Shown here piece by piece: positions 9,300-18,311 of a stretch of 32,000 bases of DNA (positions within the stretch are counted from its first letter, which is position 1; the number at the start of each line of letters is the position of its first letter). This DNA comes from Alkanindiges sp. WGS2144 (GTDB lineage Bacteria; Pseudomonadota; Gammaproteobacteria; Pseudomonadales; Moraxellaceae). Under the pieces are notes generated by a model, which worked only from the letters and a program-made list of their open reading frames with translations, made no database searches and was not told the DNA's origin. The position numbers and the translations under genes are program-made. The stretch lies in NCBI RefSeq assembly GCF_043950625.1, contig NZ_CP171007.1; one strand, given 5' to 3'.

Positions 9300-10451
9300 T
9301 TAAAGTTGCACCCGTATCAACCCGGATACTTGCCCGCTGACCGGATTAACTGAGCCCAGCTCGGCTTTTAAACCCTGACTGTCAAGCTGCGAGCGCAAGG
9401 CCTCCAGAGCAGGCATGCCGCTAGCCAAAATCGTCAGCTCCAGCACATTGTCACGATACTGCACCTGGCTAGCGGGCAGATTAGCCTGTTGCAACAGCGG
9501 CCCTACCCGGCTCATCAAGGTCAGGGCAGTTAGATCGGTACTATTATTGCTTTGTAAATGGCCTTCAAACTGCTTTCTTAGATTAATGATACGCCGCTCT
9601 TCAGGGAACCAGCTTTGAAACTGCTGAGTCGCCATAGCACTGGTCTGGTTGGCAACCTGATTGTAACGCCAGAAGCGCACCCCGTCATACAGCATTTGCA
9701 CCAGCAAAGCAGCAACAAATACCGCAGCAATTGCCCGCCAATAACCGGATAATACATGGCGGGTTTTGGGTAGTGCATTAAAAGGATGACGGATATATTG
9801 TGCATCACTCAACGGTAGCGGCGCTTGTGTCCAATCATGCAAAATGGTTTGCAAGCCAGCAATGCCATTGATAGCCAGCTGATCCTGTTCAGTAATATCA
9901 CCCCAGATATGTAGCTGCTCCAGCTCAGGCAGATAATCAAGCAACACGGTTAAATCATCAGCGCAATACGCTACATATTCGCCTACTCTTAATACGCGCT
10001 GTTGCTGATGAATAACCAGCTGAGCCTCATGCAACTCAAGCGGCACAGGAGCCAGCAAAAAATCTGGCAACAATGCCTGAATACGCCAGTTTCCTAGCGC
10101 CATAATATTCTGGTACTGTGCCAGCAGGCTCATGGGCAATGCCATGATATTTAAATGCTCACTAGTATCCAGCTGATAATAGACAGCCAATTGATCCACC
10201 GGAACCAGCGAAAATTCTTCCAGCAAATAACGGATACCGCTTGCACCCAGCTGACGTAATTGCTGGCGCGTCATGGGTTGACGCAAGAGTTGACTGCTGC
10301 CTGTTGGGAAAAAAACCAACGCTTCTTTTTGATTTTCACTGGCTGTATCCTGTAACAGGGACTCCCAATTGGCTGCCGCATGCCAGTTATCGTGTGTATT
10401 GGTGCGCCAGCGCCAGGCGGCGTCCCCCTCTGGCATCCATATATACAGCAT
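9300..10451 (-). CDS. gspL: Type II secretion system protein L
   Basis: The protein is 383 aa. It has a cytoplasmic N-domain, a single TM (YWRAIAAVFVAALLVQMLY) and a periplasmic C-domain, and it is directly followed by the gspM-like gene. The call rests on architecture and context. Confidence 0.7.
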   Translation of the reverse strand: MLYIWMPEGDAAWRWRTNTHDNWHAAANWESLLQDTASENQKEALVFFPTGSSQLLRQPMTRQQLRQLGASGIRYLLEEFSLVPVDQLAVYYQLDTSEHLNIMALPMSLLAQYQNIMALGNWRIQALLPDFLLAPVPLELHEAQLVIHQQQRVLRVGEYVAYCADDLTVLLDYLPELEQLHIWGDITEQDQLAINGIAGLQTILHDWTQAPLPLSDAQYIRHPFNALPKTRHVLSGYWRAIAAVFVAALLVQMLYDGVRFWRYNQVANQTSAMATQQFQSWFPEERRIINLRKQFEGHLQSNNSTDLTALTLMSRVGPLLQQANLPASQVQYRDNVLELTILASGMPALEALRSQLDSQGLKAELGSVNPVSGQVSGLIRVQL

Positions 10452-10581
10452 GCTTTATTGTCCTGATTTATTGTAGCGAATTGCAGTCGCCATCATATAA
10501 AAATGCCATCCATAAATCTATGCTTAAATCCACATCCAGCACCGTGAGGTTTAAAGCGCAGCACAGCATATCCAGCACGCC

Positions 10582-11037
10582 TTATGCTTCTTGCGGAAAA
10601 AAGCGGGCTATTTCGCCAGAAAAACCGGGAACAATGGCAACCTGCTCATAAACACGTGCTTCGGCCAGCGCAAAGCTTTCGGGGTGTTCACCCAGTAGCA
10701 GGGCTGCCATATAGGCCACAATATTCATATGACATACCACCACCATACACTGGGCTTGCTGTTGAGATAGCCAGTTCAGAGCAGATCTGGCGTCATCTTC
10801 CGGCTTAATGCCGTTATAGCTTAGCACCGGTACATCCGGACAAAACTGTGCAAAAGCCTGCCGCGTTTGTTGTGCCCGTAACAGGGGGCTAACCACAAAC
10901 AGATCAGGCTGATAATGTTCAAGCAACTGCCGGGCGGTTGACAGAGCCTGCTGCTGCCCCCGGCGGCTGAGCGTACGGCTTTCATCAGTGCTTGTGGCAG
11001 CGAGTGCTTCGCCGTGACGCATCAGGATCAGCTGCAT
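10582..11037 (-). CDS. sixA: Phosphohistidine phosphatase SixA
   Basis: The protein is 151 aa. The N-terminal MQLILMRHGEA carries the RHG motif of the histidine phosphatase superfamily, and the size is SixA-like. Confidence 0.8.
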   Translation of the reverse strand: MQLILMRHGEALAATSTDESRTLSRRGQQQALSTARQLLEHYQPDLFVVSPLLRAQQTRQAFAQFCPDVPVLSYNGIKPEDDARSALNWLSQQQAQCMVVVCHMNIVAYMAALLLGEHPESFALAEARVYEQVAIVPGFSGEIARFFPQEA

Positions 11038-11104
11038 AATTAAAAGTCCCTGTCTGGTAAATTTTTCTCTGAGCGTTTCAAAATTTTAAGGTGTTTAAAA
11101 ATAG

Positions 11105-12178
11105 CTATACCTGCTCGTGCGGCAAAACAAACTCCACATCACTGCGGTGACCATTTTGCATCAGGGACAATGCAATGCCCAAAGGAGGCTTACCCTCAAA
11201 AATCATTTCATACAAGGCATTGGTAATAGGCATATATACATCCAGCAGCTTTGACTGCGCACTGACCTGGCGGATAGTATTGATCCCTTCAGCAGTCTGA
11301 CCAAGCTCAGCCACCGCCTGCTCCAGCGATTTGCCCTGCCCTAAGGCATAACCAATCTGATAGTTACGGCTTAAAGGGCTACTACAGGTTGCAAACAGAT
11401 CACCCACTCCGGACAAACCCAGGAAAGTCAGCGGATTGGCACCCAGCTTGACTGCAAAACGGCTCATTTCCGCCAGCGCACGGGTGAGCAGCATACTGCG
11501 GGTATTTTCACCCACGTTATATGCCGCTCCCATTCCCATGGCAATGGCATAAATATTTTTTAAGGCACCGCCCAGCTCTACTCCATGCACATCCGAGCTG
11601 GCAAATACCCGAAATAACGCACTATGCAGGGCATTTTGTACCGCATTACGCAAAGCCTCACTACTGCTTGCAATTACCGTTCCGGCAGGCATACCCGCCA
11701 CAATTTCCTTGGCCAGATTGGGGCCGGACAGTACGCCAAAGGCCACCTCAGGCAACTCCTGCTGAATAATATCGCTCATTAGACAAAAGGTTTCTGCCTC
11801 AATACCCTTGGTAAGCGATACAATCGCCTGACTGGTAATCATGGGCGCAATCTGCTTGAGCACATCACGGTAGGAATGACTGGGAATAGCCACCAGAATC
11901 ACATCGCGATTGGGCACCACATCTTCTAGTTTATGGCTAAACTGTAGTGTGTCTTCCAGCTGGAAATCCGGTAGATAGCGCATATTACGCTTGGTTTGCT
12001 GCATTTCCTGCGCGGCTTTTTCATCACGAATCCACATGCAGGTCTGGCAGCCATTTCGTGCAGCCAGATTAGCCATGGCCGTACCAAAACTTCCTCCGCC
12101 CAGTACCGCTACCCGCAAAGGAATCGCCGGTTTTTCACGCTTTGGAAATAAATCTGTAAAATCAAAATTAGTCATCAT
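11105..12178 (-). CDS. gpsA: NAD(P)H-dependent glycerol-3-phosphate dehydrogenase
   Basis: The sequence has the Rossmann motif VAVLGGGSFGTA, plus LKGIE.. and GALKN, and full-length GpsA similarity (357 aa). Confidence 0.95.
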   Translation of the reverse strand: MMTNFDFTDLFPKREKPAIPLRVAVLGGGSFGTAMANLAARNGCQTCMWIRDEKAAQEMQQTKRNMRYLPDFQLEDTLQFSHKLEDVVPNRDVILVAIPSHSYRDVLKQIAPMITSQAIVSLTKGIEAETFCLMSDIIQQELPEVAFGVLSGPNLAKEIVAGMPAGTVIASSSEALRNAVQNALHSALFRVFASSDVHGVELGGALKNIYAIAMGMGAAYNVGENTRSMLLTRALAEMSRFAVKLGANPLTFLGLSGVGDLFATCSSPLSRNYQIGYALGQGKSLEQAVAELGQTAEGINTIRQVSAQSKLLDVYMPITNALYEMIFEGKPPLGIALSLMQNGHRSDVEFVLPHEQV

Positions 12179-12241
12179 CGCTTAAATTTTCATCATTAAA
12201 AAGTTTAAAGTAGGCAGCCGGTGTCCAGCAGTTCGTACTTA

Positions 12242-12856
12242 TTACCCTCTATTTACTGCACCAGACTTATCATTCATACTTTCAGGCCAGCTGAATAAGA
12301 ATTCCCGGACGTTTAATCGCTCACGCGCAGCTAACTCACGTGTTGGTGTGCCAATATAAACAAAACCGGCAATTTCATCATCCTGTTTTAATCCCAGTTT
12401 CTGTTTTAGCACTTGTGACTCAGCCAGAGCACCAGTCCGCCACATAGCAGCATAGCCCTGGGCATTGAGCATTAATAAAAAATTCTCCATGGCAGCCCCC
12501 ATACTTAGTACCTGCTCAACCTTTGGCACCTTGGGATGATTTTGGGTATTTACCACTGCCAGCAAGATGAGAGGTGCCCGTAGTGGCTGTGCCCGCGCAC
12601 GCTCATGCTGTACCGGGTCGTTTACGCCGCTTTCGATCAGGCACTCGATAAAAACCTGCCCCAATGCCTGACGCGCCTCCTTTTGAATCTGAAAAAACCG
12701 CCATGGCCGCAGGCGGTGATGATCCGGGGCACTCAGAGCCGCCTGCAACGCTTGTTCCAGCTCCTGCTTGCTAGGCGCTGGCTCAACCAGCTGACCAATA
12801 GACCGCCGGCTTTCTATAAACTCCAGTAAATGCGTTGCACAAATAGGACGAGTCAT
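12242..12856 (-). CDS. NAD(P)H nitroreductase, YdjA-like
   Basis: The sequence aligns by eye with E. coli YdjA: RRS...L.EPAP, APDH..L.PWRF, RAPL, HPKVP..EQ..S.GAA and W.RTGALAES. I prefer the ATG at 12856 (AGGT upstream) over the ATG at 12871. Confidence 0.8.
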   Translation of the reverse strand: MTRPICATHLLEFIESRRSIGQLVEPAPSKQELEQALQAALSAPDHHRLRPWRFFQIQKEARQALGQVFIECLIESGVNDPVQHERARAQPLRAPLILLAVVNTQNHPKVPKVEQVLSMGAAMENFLLMLNAQGYAAMWRTGALAESQVLKQKLGLKQDDEIAGFVYIGTPTRELAARERLNVREFLFSWPESMNDKSGAVNRG

Positions 12857-12880
12857 TATCTTACCTGCCATTATTATCTA

Positions 12881-14116
12881 TCAACTGCCATAGGAACCGG
12901 GCTGTGCCTCGGCACTAACCTGCTGTTCCGTAACTGGCAAATAAGCCGAAATACCATGCTGTACCAACCCGGATGGACGACCGGAGCGCAGCTTTAACCA
13001 GTCGGCAATAATCACCCACGTGGTTTTAACCGCCTGGCTACCAGTGAACAGGCCTGCATGTCCACCCGGCACTACCTCAAAGGTTTTATCCAGCGAACCC
13101 ACTACACTTAAAATGGCACTGGCTGCACTAATACTGGTAATGGCATCACTTTCACCTGCCAGTGCCAATAAGGCTGCTTTAACCTCTGTAAGATCAATAT
13201 GCTCACCACCAATACAAAGCTGGCCACGACTCAAGCGATTTTCCAGACCAAACTTTTCAATCATTTCACGCATGGTTGCACCCGGATAATCCGGCATATT
13301 GGTGAACCATTCATTAATGGTCGTGTAACGGCTGACATACTGCCGACTGGTCATATTCTTTAATAAATCAAGATAACTACTGAGCATGGCAGTCGGCTGG
13401 GTGAGCTGAAAACCTATCGACAGTAGTTTTCCGCTGACATGAAACCAGTGGGAAGCAAAATGATCCAGCTCAAGTCCGGTCACACGATGCATTAACTGTG
13501 CTGGCACCGAAAACAGCTGGTATAACTTGCCAATCGCGCTGTTCATCTGGTGCATATTGACCGGAGAAGCAATGGTAATTAGATTCTTGACACTATCCTG
13601 CCCTCTGGCCGCTGTATAAACCAGAGATAGCAAGCCCCCCATACAGTAACCCACCAGACTTAGCTGCGGCTGTCCACTATGCTGTTGAATGGCCTGCACC
13701 GCCTTGGGCAGCCAGTTCAAAGTATAGGTTTCCAAAGACAAATAACTGTCACTTTCGGTTGGGTGCCCCCAGTCAATAATATACACCGCAAAACCTTGCG
13801 CCAGAAAATAACGTACTAGTGAGCGCTCAGCCATCAAATCAAAAACCCAGCCGTATACCCCCAAAGGCGGTACCAGAAGCAGCGGTACGGTATGGCGCTG
13901 GTGATTCACTGCAACAGTTTCTGCGCCAACCTGAATGCGATCTTCAGTAATAGGCTGGTAGTAATGCACAGAAAAAAGACCTTCCTGTAGCAATTGCTGA
14001 CGTGGTGATTTGTTCTGTAATAAATAGCGATGCCGGAAAAACCGGCGACCGATGGAATGCGAAATTGCAGCCTTACCCTGATCAATAAAAGCAGGACGCG
14101 GGAAATGAATTGCCAT
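12881..14116 (-). CDS. PhaC-like alpha/beta hydrolase-fold protein (Cys nucleophile; putative polyhydroxyalkanoate synthase-type acyltransferase)
   Basis: The protein is 411 aa with a strong SD (GAGGTGAT) before the ATG at 14116. PLLLVPPLG and IDWG motifs are present. The nucleophile elbow is G-Y-C-M-G-G (LVGYCMGGLLSL), with Cys where hydrolases carry Ser, as in PHA synthases. Candidate triad residues are Asp (AGESDAI) and His (PGGHAGLF). Confidence 0.65.
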   Translation of the reverse strand: MAIHFPRPAFIDQGKAAISHSIGRRFFRHRYLLQNKSPRQQLLQEGLFSVHYYQPITEDRIQVGAETVAVNHQRHTVPLLLVPPLGVYGWVFDLMAERSLVRYFLAQGFAVYIIDWGHPTESDSYLSLETYTLNWLPKAVQAIQQHSGQPQLSLVGYCMGGLLSLVYTAARGQDSVKNLITIASPVNMHQMNSAIGKLYQLFSVPAQLMHRVTGLELDHFASHWFHVSGKLLSIGFQLTQPTAMLSSYLDLLKNMTSRQYVSRYTTINEWFTNMPDYPGATMREMIEKFGLENRLSRGQLCIGGEHIDLTEVKAALLALAGESDAITSISAASAILSVVGSLDKTFEVVPGGHAGLFTGSQAVKTTWVIIADWLKLRSGRPSGLVQHGISAYLPVTEQQVSAEAQPGSYGS

Positions 14117-14391
14117 ATCACCTCAACCTTAAAGTAGCTTATACCGGCAAAGCCACACCGCACTATGCAAGCTTCTTTAGCCTAACAAATTTAGCCTCTT
14201 GGCGCGAACAGGTTTTTGCCTGACACGACAATAACATTTTGGGTTTTAATTAAATAATATGTGAAAGATCAAATGCTTTGCTTAACCTAAAGCACACAGT
14301 TGCGCAAAGTAACTATTACCGATTTTAAAATGCTGCGCCAGCATACTGCCAGCAGGCTTAAATGTAGTGTCTGATTAATGGAGTGCGAACA

Positions 14392-14751
14392 ATGCGAAGT
14401 GCCTTATGTGGAGTTGCCCTGGCTGGTTTAGTTCTGGCCGGTTGTACCACAAATCCCAATGCCACCACAGCGATCCAGCGGGAAAACAACCAGTTTGAAG
14501 TCACAGGACTAGGCAAAAGCCGTACCATTGCCATGAACAATGCAGTAAATGCAGCCAACAAGACCTGTCGCAATAGCAGCCCGGTAGTGGTTAATGAACA
14601 GGTTAAATATAACGGCATTGGTAATGAGCAAACTGGTCGCATCATTGAACAGGCAGCAAGTGTGGTTGGTGTATTGTCTAATAGCAAATCCGGCAGTATT
14701 GGCCGCGATGATGACTACGAGACTACCCTGACATTTTATTGTAAAAAGTAG
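14392..14751 (+). CDS. Small lipoprotein of unknown function
   Basis: GGAG at 14380-14383 lies 8 nt before the ATG at 14392. The signal peptide has a lipobox (MRSALCGVALAGLVLAG|C). The mature protein is about 100 aa and has no recognised domain. A terminator lies downstream. Confidence 0.7.
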   Translation: MRSALCGVALAGLVLAGCTTNPNATTAIQRENNQFEVTGLGKSRTIAMNNAVNAANKTCRNSSPVVVNEQVKYNGIGNEQTGRIIEQAASVVGVLSNSKSGSIGRDDDYETTLTFYCKK

Positions 14752-14776
14752 GCTCGGCTTAACAGCGAAATAGTCA

Positions 14777-14807
14777 CTAAAAAGTCAGCACCTCGCTGAC
14801 TTTTTAG
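14777..14807. terminator. Bidirectional rho-independent terminator between the convergent lipoprotein gene and rhlB
   Basis: The sequence is CTAAAAAGTCAGC-ACCTC-GCTGACTTTTTAG. This perfect 13-nt inverted repeat includes an A-run and a T-run, so it can serve both strands. Confidence 0.75.
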
Positions 14808-14865
14808 TAGACGTATTGATATAGCCTGTGCCTGATGGAACTATTGTAGCGCTACTACAACAGGC

Positions 14866-16017
14866 TTATTTATAGCCCTCAGGACGCTGCAATACCAGCT
14901 TTTGTCCAAGCGCTTTTTCCAGGTCAGCCAGTAAAAATGCATCATCTTCGCTAGCAAAGCTGATACTGATGCCATCTTCTCCGGCACGTCCGGTGCGTCC
15001 AATCCGGTGCACATAATCCTCGGCCTGTTCAGGCAGCGTATAATTGACCACATGACTCACGCCGTCTACATGAATGCCACGGCCCGCCACATCGGTTGCA
15101 ATGAGAATCTGGATTTTGCCTTTTTTAAACTGGTCAAGGGTTTTGATGCGCTTGTCCTGGGCAATTTCACCGGACAAAATACCTACACTATAATTTTGTT
15201 TTTTCAGGCGATCATACAGCTTGCGTACCTGATCACGCCGATTGGCAAAGATCATCACTTTATCTACCGGTTCCTGAGCCAGCAAATCTTTAAGCAGGCG
15301 CTCTTTTTCCTCATTACTGACAATATAAATGCGCTGTTCTACCCGCTCACTGGTTTTCTGGGCAGGTTCAATTTCAACGGTAATGGGTTCAAACAACCAT
15401 TGCTGCGCCAGATTTAAAACATCATAACTAAAGGTGGCAGAAAACAATAAGGTCTGACGGTTTTCCTTGGGCGGTGCCTGACGCAAAATACGCTTGACTG
15501 AGGGAATAAAACCCATGTCCAGTAAACGGTCTGCCTCATCAATGACCACAAATTCCAGCCGATCCAGCCAGACTTCTTTTTGTTCCAGAAAATCAATCAG
15601 GCGACCGGGCGTAGCCACCACAACATCAACAAATTGCTGATCCAGTATTTTTCGCTGTACATCATAGTCCACGCCGCCCAGCAATGTAATCAGATTAATA
15701 TTGCTATATTTGCATAGCGCCTTGGCGTCGCTTTCTATCTGTAAAGCCAGCTCCCGGGTAGGTGCCAGAATCAAAGCCCGTGGTTCGCCCCGGTAGCGCT
15801 GCTCCTCAATGGGGTGATTCAGTAAATCATTTAAAATACTAATTAAAAAAGCGGCGGTCTTTCCTGTTCCGGTCTGGGCACGTCCAATGGCGTCATGTCC
15901 GGCCAGTGTATAACGTAAAATCTTCTGCTGGATCGGAGTCATGTGATGATAGCCCAGATCATCGATGGCACGACGCAAGGAAGGATGTAAATTAACCGCG
16001 TCGAAGCTTGAACTCAT
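14866..16017 (-). CDS. rhlB: DEAD-box ATP-dependent RNA helicase, RhlB-like
   Basis: The Q motif (TPIQ), AQTGTGKT, PTRELA, VIDEADRLLDMGF, SAT and HRIGRTGRAG are all present. The sequence aligns along its length with E. coli RhlB (for example SNEEK.RLL, IFAN) but lacks the Arg-rich C-tail. Confidence 0.85.
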   Translation of the reverse strand: MSSSFDAVNLHPSLRRAIDDLGYHHMTPIQQKILRYTLAGHDAIGRAQTGTGKTAAFLISILNDLLNHPIEEQRYRGEPRALILAPTRELALQIESDAKALCKYSNINLITLLGGVDYDVQRKILDQQFVDVVVATPGRLIDFLEQKEVWLDRLEFVVIDEADRLLDMGFIPSVKRILRQAPPKENRQTLLFSATFSYDVLNLAQQWLFEPITVEIEPAQKTSERVEQRIYIVSNEEKERLLKDLLAQEPVDKVMIFANRRDQVRKLYDRLKKQNYSVGILSGEIAQDKRIKTLDQFKKGKIQILIATDVAGRGIHVDGVSHVVNYTLPEQAEDYVHRIGRTGRAGEDGISISFASEDDAFLLADLEKALGQKLVLQRPEGYK

Positions 16018-16086
16018 ACTAACCTTTTATAAAACTCATCAGTCGGCACAATAGGCTAACTGTTTAAATATCCAGAATTTAACATC

Positions 16087-16123
16087 ACAAAAAAATACGC
16101 CCCAGCCAAAAAGCGTGGGACGT
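16087..16123 (-). terminator. Rho-independent terminator downstream of csp
   Basis: On the minus strand the sequence is ACGUCCCA-N11-UGGGGCGU (8 bp including one G-U pair; forward arms 16097-16104 and 16116-16123). It is followed by AUUUUUUUGUG. Confidence 0.7.
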
Positions 16124-16224
16124 ATATTCTAGCCGGATTTAATCCATAATAAAATACGCATTAAATAGACCGGCTAGCTGATACAAGCAGTGCTTATCAC
16201 CAGGATAATGCACGCTTAATATAC

Positions 16225-16437
16225 TTAGTCTAAAGGTTGAACTTCTTCAGCCTGGAAACCTTTCTGGCCTTTTACTACAGTAAATTCAACGCGCTGACCA
16301 TCACGCAGAGTGCGGTGACCGTCGCCTTGAATGGCACGAAAATGAACAAATACGTCATCACCGCCATTACGCTGAATAAAACCAAAACCTTTGGTATCGT
16401 TAAACCATTTTACAACACCCTGTTCGCGCGCTGTCAT
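16225..16437 (-). CDS. Cold-shock protein, CspA family
   Basis: The protein is 70 aa. It has the RNP1 motif KGFGFI, the RNP2-like VFVHF, and [16 protein letters not shown]. The SD GAGGA precedes the ATG. Confidence 0.95.
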   Translation of the reverse strand: MTAREQGVVKWFNDTKGFGFIQRNGGDDVFVHFRAIQGDGHRTLRDGQRVEFTVVKGQKGFQAEEVQPLD

Positions 16438-17005
16438 GTGTCAATCCTCATATAAAACAAAAGAAGGACTGTCCGGTGTTGCAACAGCAGAGAAACACGA
16501 ACCATCAAAAAACTTATTTCTTGTTGTCGTTGTCATTCTGTGAATCTTTCAACATTTCCGGGTCAAATCCACTATCGTATTCAGAACTTTATTATCCCGA
16601 TACACTTTGAGCTTAACACGAAGTGCGTAGGCTGCAAAGCAAGAATATTTTTTGTTTGTAATTAAGTTTGGAAATAGATCACATTTCCAACGAAAAATAT
16701 TAATCTTTTACCAGTTTAATGCCCTGTTTTATCTCTACTTACCCTAGGGTCTGTTGTCCTTTGGTCTTTGTAAATAACAAAATGCGGTTAAAGTATTTTG
16801 AGATAAATGCAGCTTAGGCATGAGAAGCTTTGCTTCGCAAGGCATTGCGGTGAATATTGAACATCTTCGCAAAATGAGCAACACAGATTAAGCAAATTTA
16901 GCTATTTTTAATGCAAAAACTAAAGAAATTATTAAATTTACTCTAACCAATCTTAAAGTGTGGTCAATGGTTAACAGACCCTAATATTTGCCCTTTTAAG
17001 TTCAT

Positions 17006-17034
17006 TTGTTTCCAATAGCTACAGGCCTTATAAT
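17006..17034 (+). promoter_or_regulatory. Candidate sigma70 promoter for the tusA-like gene
   Basis: TTGTTT (17006-17011), a 17-nt spacer, then TATAAT (17029-17034), about 25 nt upstream of the start codon. This is a sequence match only. Confidence 0.35.
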
Positions 17035-17061
17035 AGTTAAAATATTTTTACTGGTTTGGTC

Positions 17062-17307
17062 ATGTCTTCAAGCAGCTCATCCCCTTATCGTATTGATGCT
17101 ACTGGTCTGCACTGTCCAATGCCGCTACTCAAGCTTAAACAGGCATTGCATCAACTGCCTCCAGGTACACAGATACTCCTGATTGCCAGTGACCCCAACA
17201 GTCAAACTGATATTCAGCGCTTTTGCCAGATTGCCGGACATCAGGTACAGATGCAGACCAATAATACACAAGGGTTTGAGTTCTTAATTCAAAAGGCAAA
17301 TTCATAA
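17062..17307 (+). CDS. TusA/SirA-family sulfurtransferase-like protein
   Basis: The conserved Cys motif GLHCPMPLLKLKQAL is present. The protein is about 81 aa with a Ser-rich N-terminus (MSSSSSSP). The start is the ATG at 17062 or the TTG at 17056. Confidence 0.8.
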   Translation: MSSSSSSPYRIDATGLHCPMPLLKLKQALHQLPPGTQILLIASDPNSQTDIQRFCQIAGHQVQMQTNNTQGFEFLIQKANS

Positions 17308-17447
17308 TTGCCCAGGTATTTATCCTATTGAATGACTTGTTGTAACTTTACACAACTAAACCTAATCCTTGCATAAGCAATTGTGTTATAACCTTTATAA
17401 TTGAAAATAACCCGTGGGGTCAGACTTCCCCCCTTGAAGGAGATTTC

Positions 17448-18311
17448 ATGAGCGACAGCACTCATCAGCTGATGCCCTTATCTTTAACCGCGCCAGGTGT
17501 GAATCTGGGTGCCTATATTAGCACCGTGAATCAAATTCCCATCCTGACTGCCGAGCAGGAAAAAGAGCTGGCTGATCGGTACTTTTATGATCAGGACTTA
17601 GATGCTGCCAAAATGCTGGTTATGTCACACCTGCGCTTTGTGGTACATATTGCCCGTAGTTATGCGGGTTATGGCCTACCCCAGGCCGACCTGATCCAGG
17701 AAGGCAATTTGGGGTTGATGAAGGCAGTCAAACGTTTTGACCCAACTATGGGCGTGCGCCTGGTGTCTTTTGCGGTACACTGGATTAAGGCCGAGATTCA
17801 TGAATTTGTGATTCGTAACTGGCGTATTGTCAAAGTGGCAACCACCAAGGCACAGCGCAAGTTGTTTTTTAATTTAAGAAGCCTAAAGAAATCCAGTAAA
17901 AAATTAACACTGGAAGAAGCCAAAGCAATCGCCAATGATTTAAACGTTACACCCGAACAGGTGCTGGAAATGGAAGGTCGTCTGACTGCCTATGACGCAT
18001 CTTTTGAAGCACAGGCGGATGACGACGACGAAGGCCGCGTGGCACCGGTAATTTATCTGGAAGACAACCGCTATGATCCGGCGCGTGAAGTGGAAGATCA
18101 GGACTGGGAGGAGCATAACAACAATGCCCTGCATCAGGCCATGACCCAGCTGGATGACCGTTCGCGTACTATTTTGCAGCGTCGCTGGCTAGACGATGAA
18201 AAATCGACCCTGCATGAGCTGGCTGCCGAATACAATGTATCCGCCGAGCGAATTCGCCAGCTGGAAAAAAACGCCATGGAAAAAATCAAAACTGCCATGA
18301 TGGCTGGCTAG
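17448..18311 (+). CDS. rpoH: RNA polymerase sigma-32 (heat-shock sigma factor)
   Basis: The protein is 287 aa. Region 2 reads [19 protein letters not shown]. The RpoH box QRKLFFNLR is present. Region 4 reads [21 protein letters not shown]. The SD GAAGGAG precedes the ATG. Confidence 0.96.
   Translation: MSDSTHQLMPLSLTAPGVNLGAYISTVNQIPILTAEQEKELADRYFYDQDLDAAKMLVMSHLRFVVHIARSYAGYGLPQADLIQEGNLGLMKAVKRFDPTMGVRLVSFAVHWIKAEIHEFVIRNWRIVKVATTKAQRKLFFNLRSLKKSSKKLTLEEAKAIANDLNVTPEQVLEMEGRLTAYDASFEAQADDDDEGRVAPVIYLEDNRYDPAREVEDQDWEEHNNNALHQAMTQLDDRSRTILQRRWLDDEKSTLHELAAEYNVSAERIRQLEKNAMEKIKTAMMAG

Noticed and set aside
14358-14687. Long antisense or shadow ORFs lie opposite real genes. Examples are 14358-14687, 19412-19822, 22047-22544, 15007-15417, 7337-7684, 10241-10651 and 24633-24941.
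   Set aside because: Each lies entirely or largely within a well-supported homologous CDS on the other strand. Their compositions are odd (rich in Cys/Arg/Ser, low complexity) and none has an RBS.
16820-16891. A 23-codon sORF (MRSFASQGIAVNIEHLRKMSNTD) lies in the csp-tusA intergenic region.
   Set aside because: It has no Shine-Dalgarno sequence and no terminator or other support. It is an expected chance ORF in AT-rich DNA.
16745-16983. An 11-bp inverted repeat pair bracketing 217 bp might mark MITE terminal inverted repeats.
   Set aside because: There are no flanking direct target-site duplications, and the repeats do not extend beyond 11 bp. My rough chance expectation in a 600-bp AT-rich region is not negligible (order 0.04 by a simple count). 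No second copy is seen in the window.
17308-17447. I looked for sigma-E and sigma-70 promoters upstream of rpoH. Candidates were TTGCAT at 17369-17374, TATAAT at 17396-17401, and AACTT/CTAAA-like elements.
   Set aside because: The TTGCAT/TATAAT pair has a 21-nt spacer, and the alternative -10 gives 12 nt. The sigma-E-like matches are too degenerate to call without TSS data.
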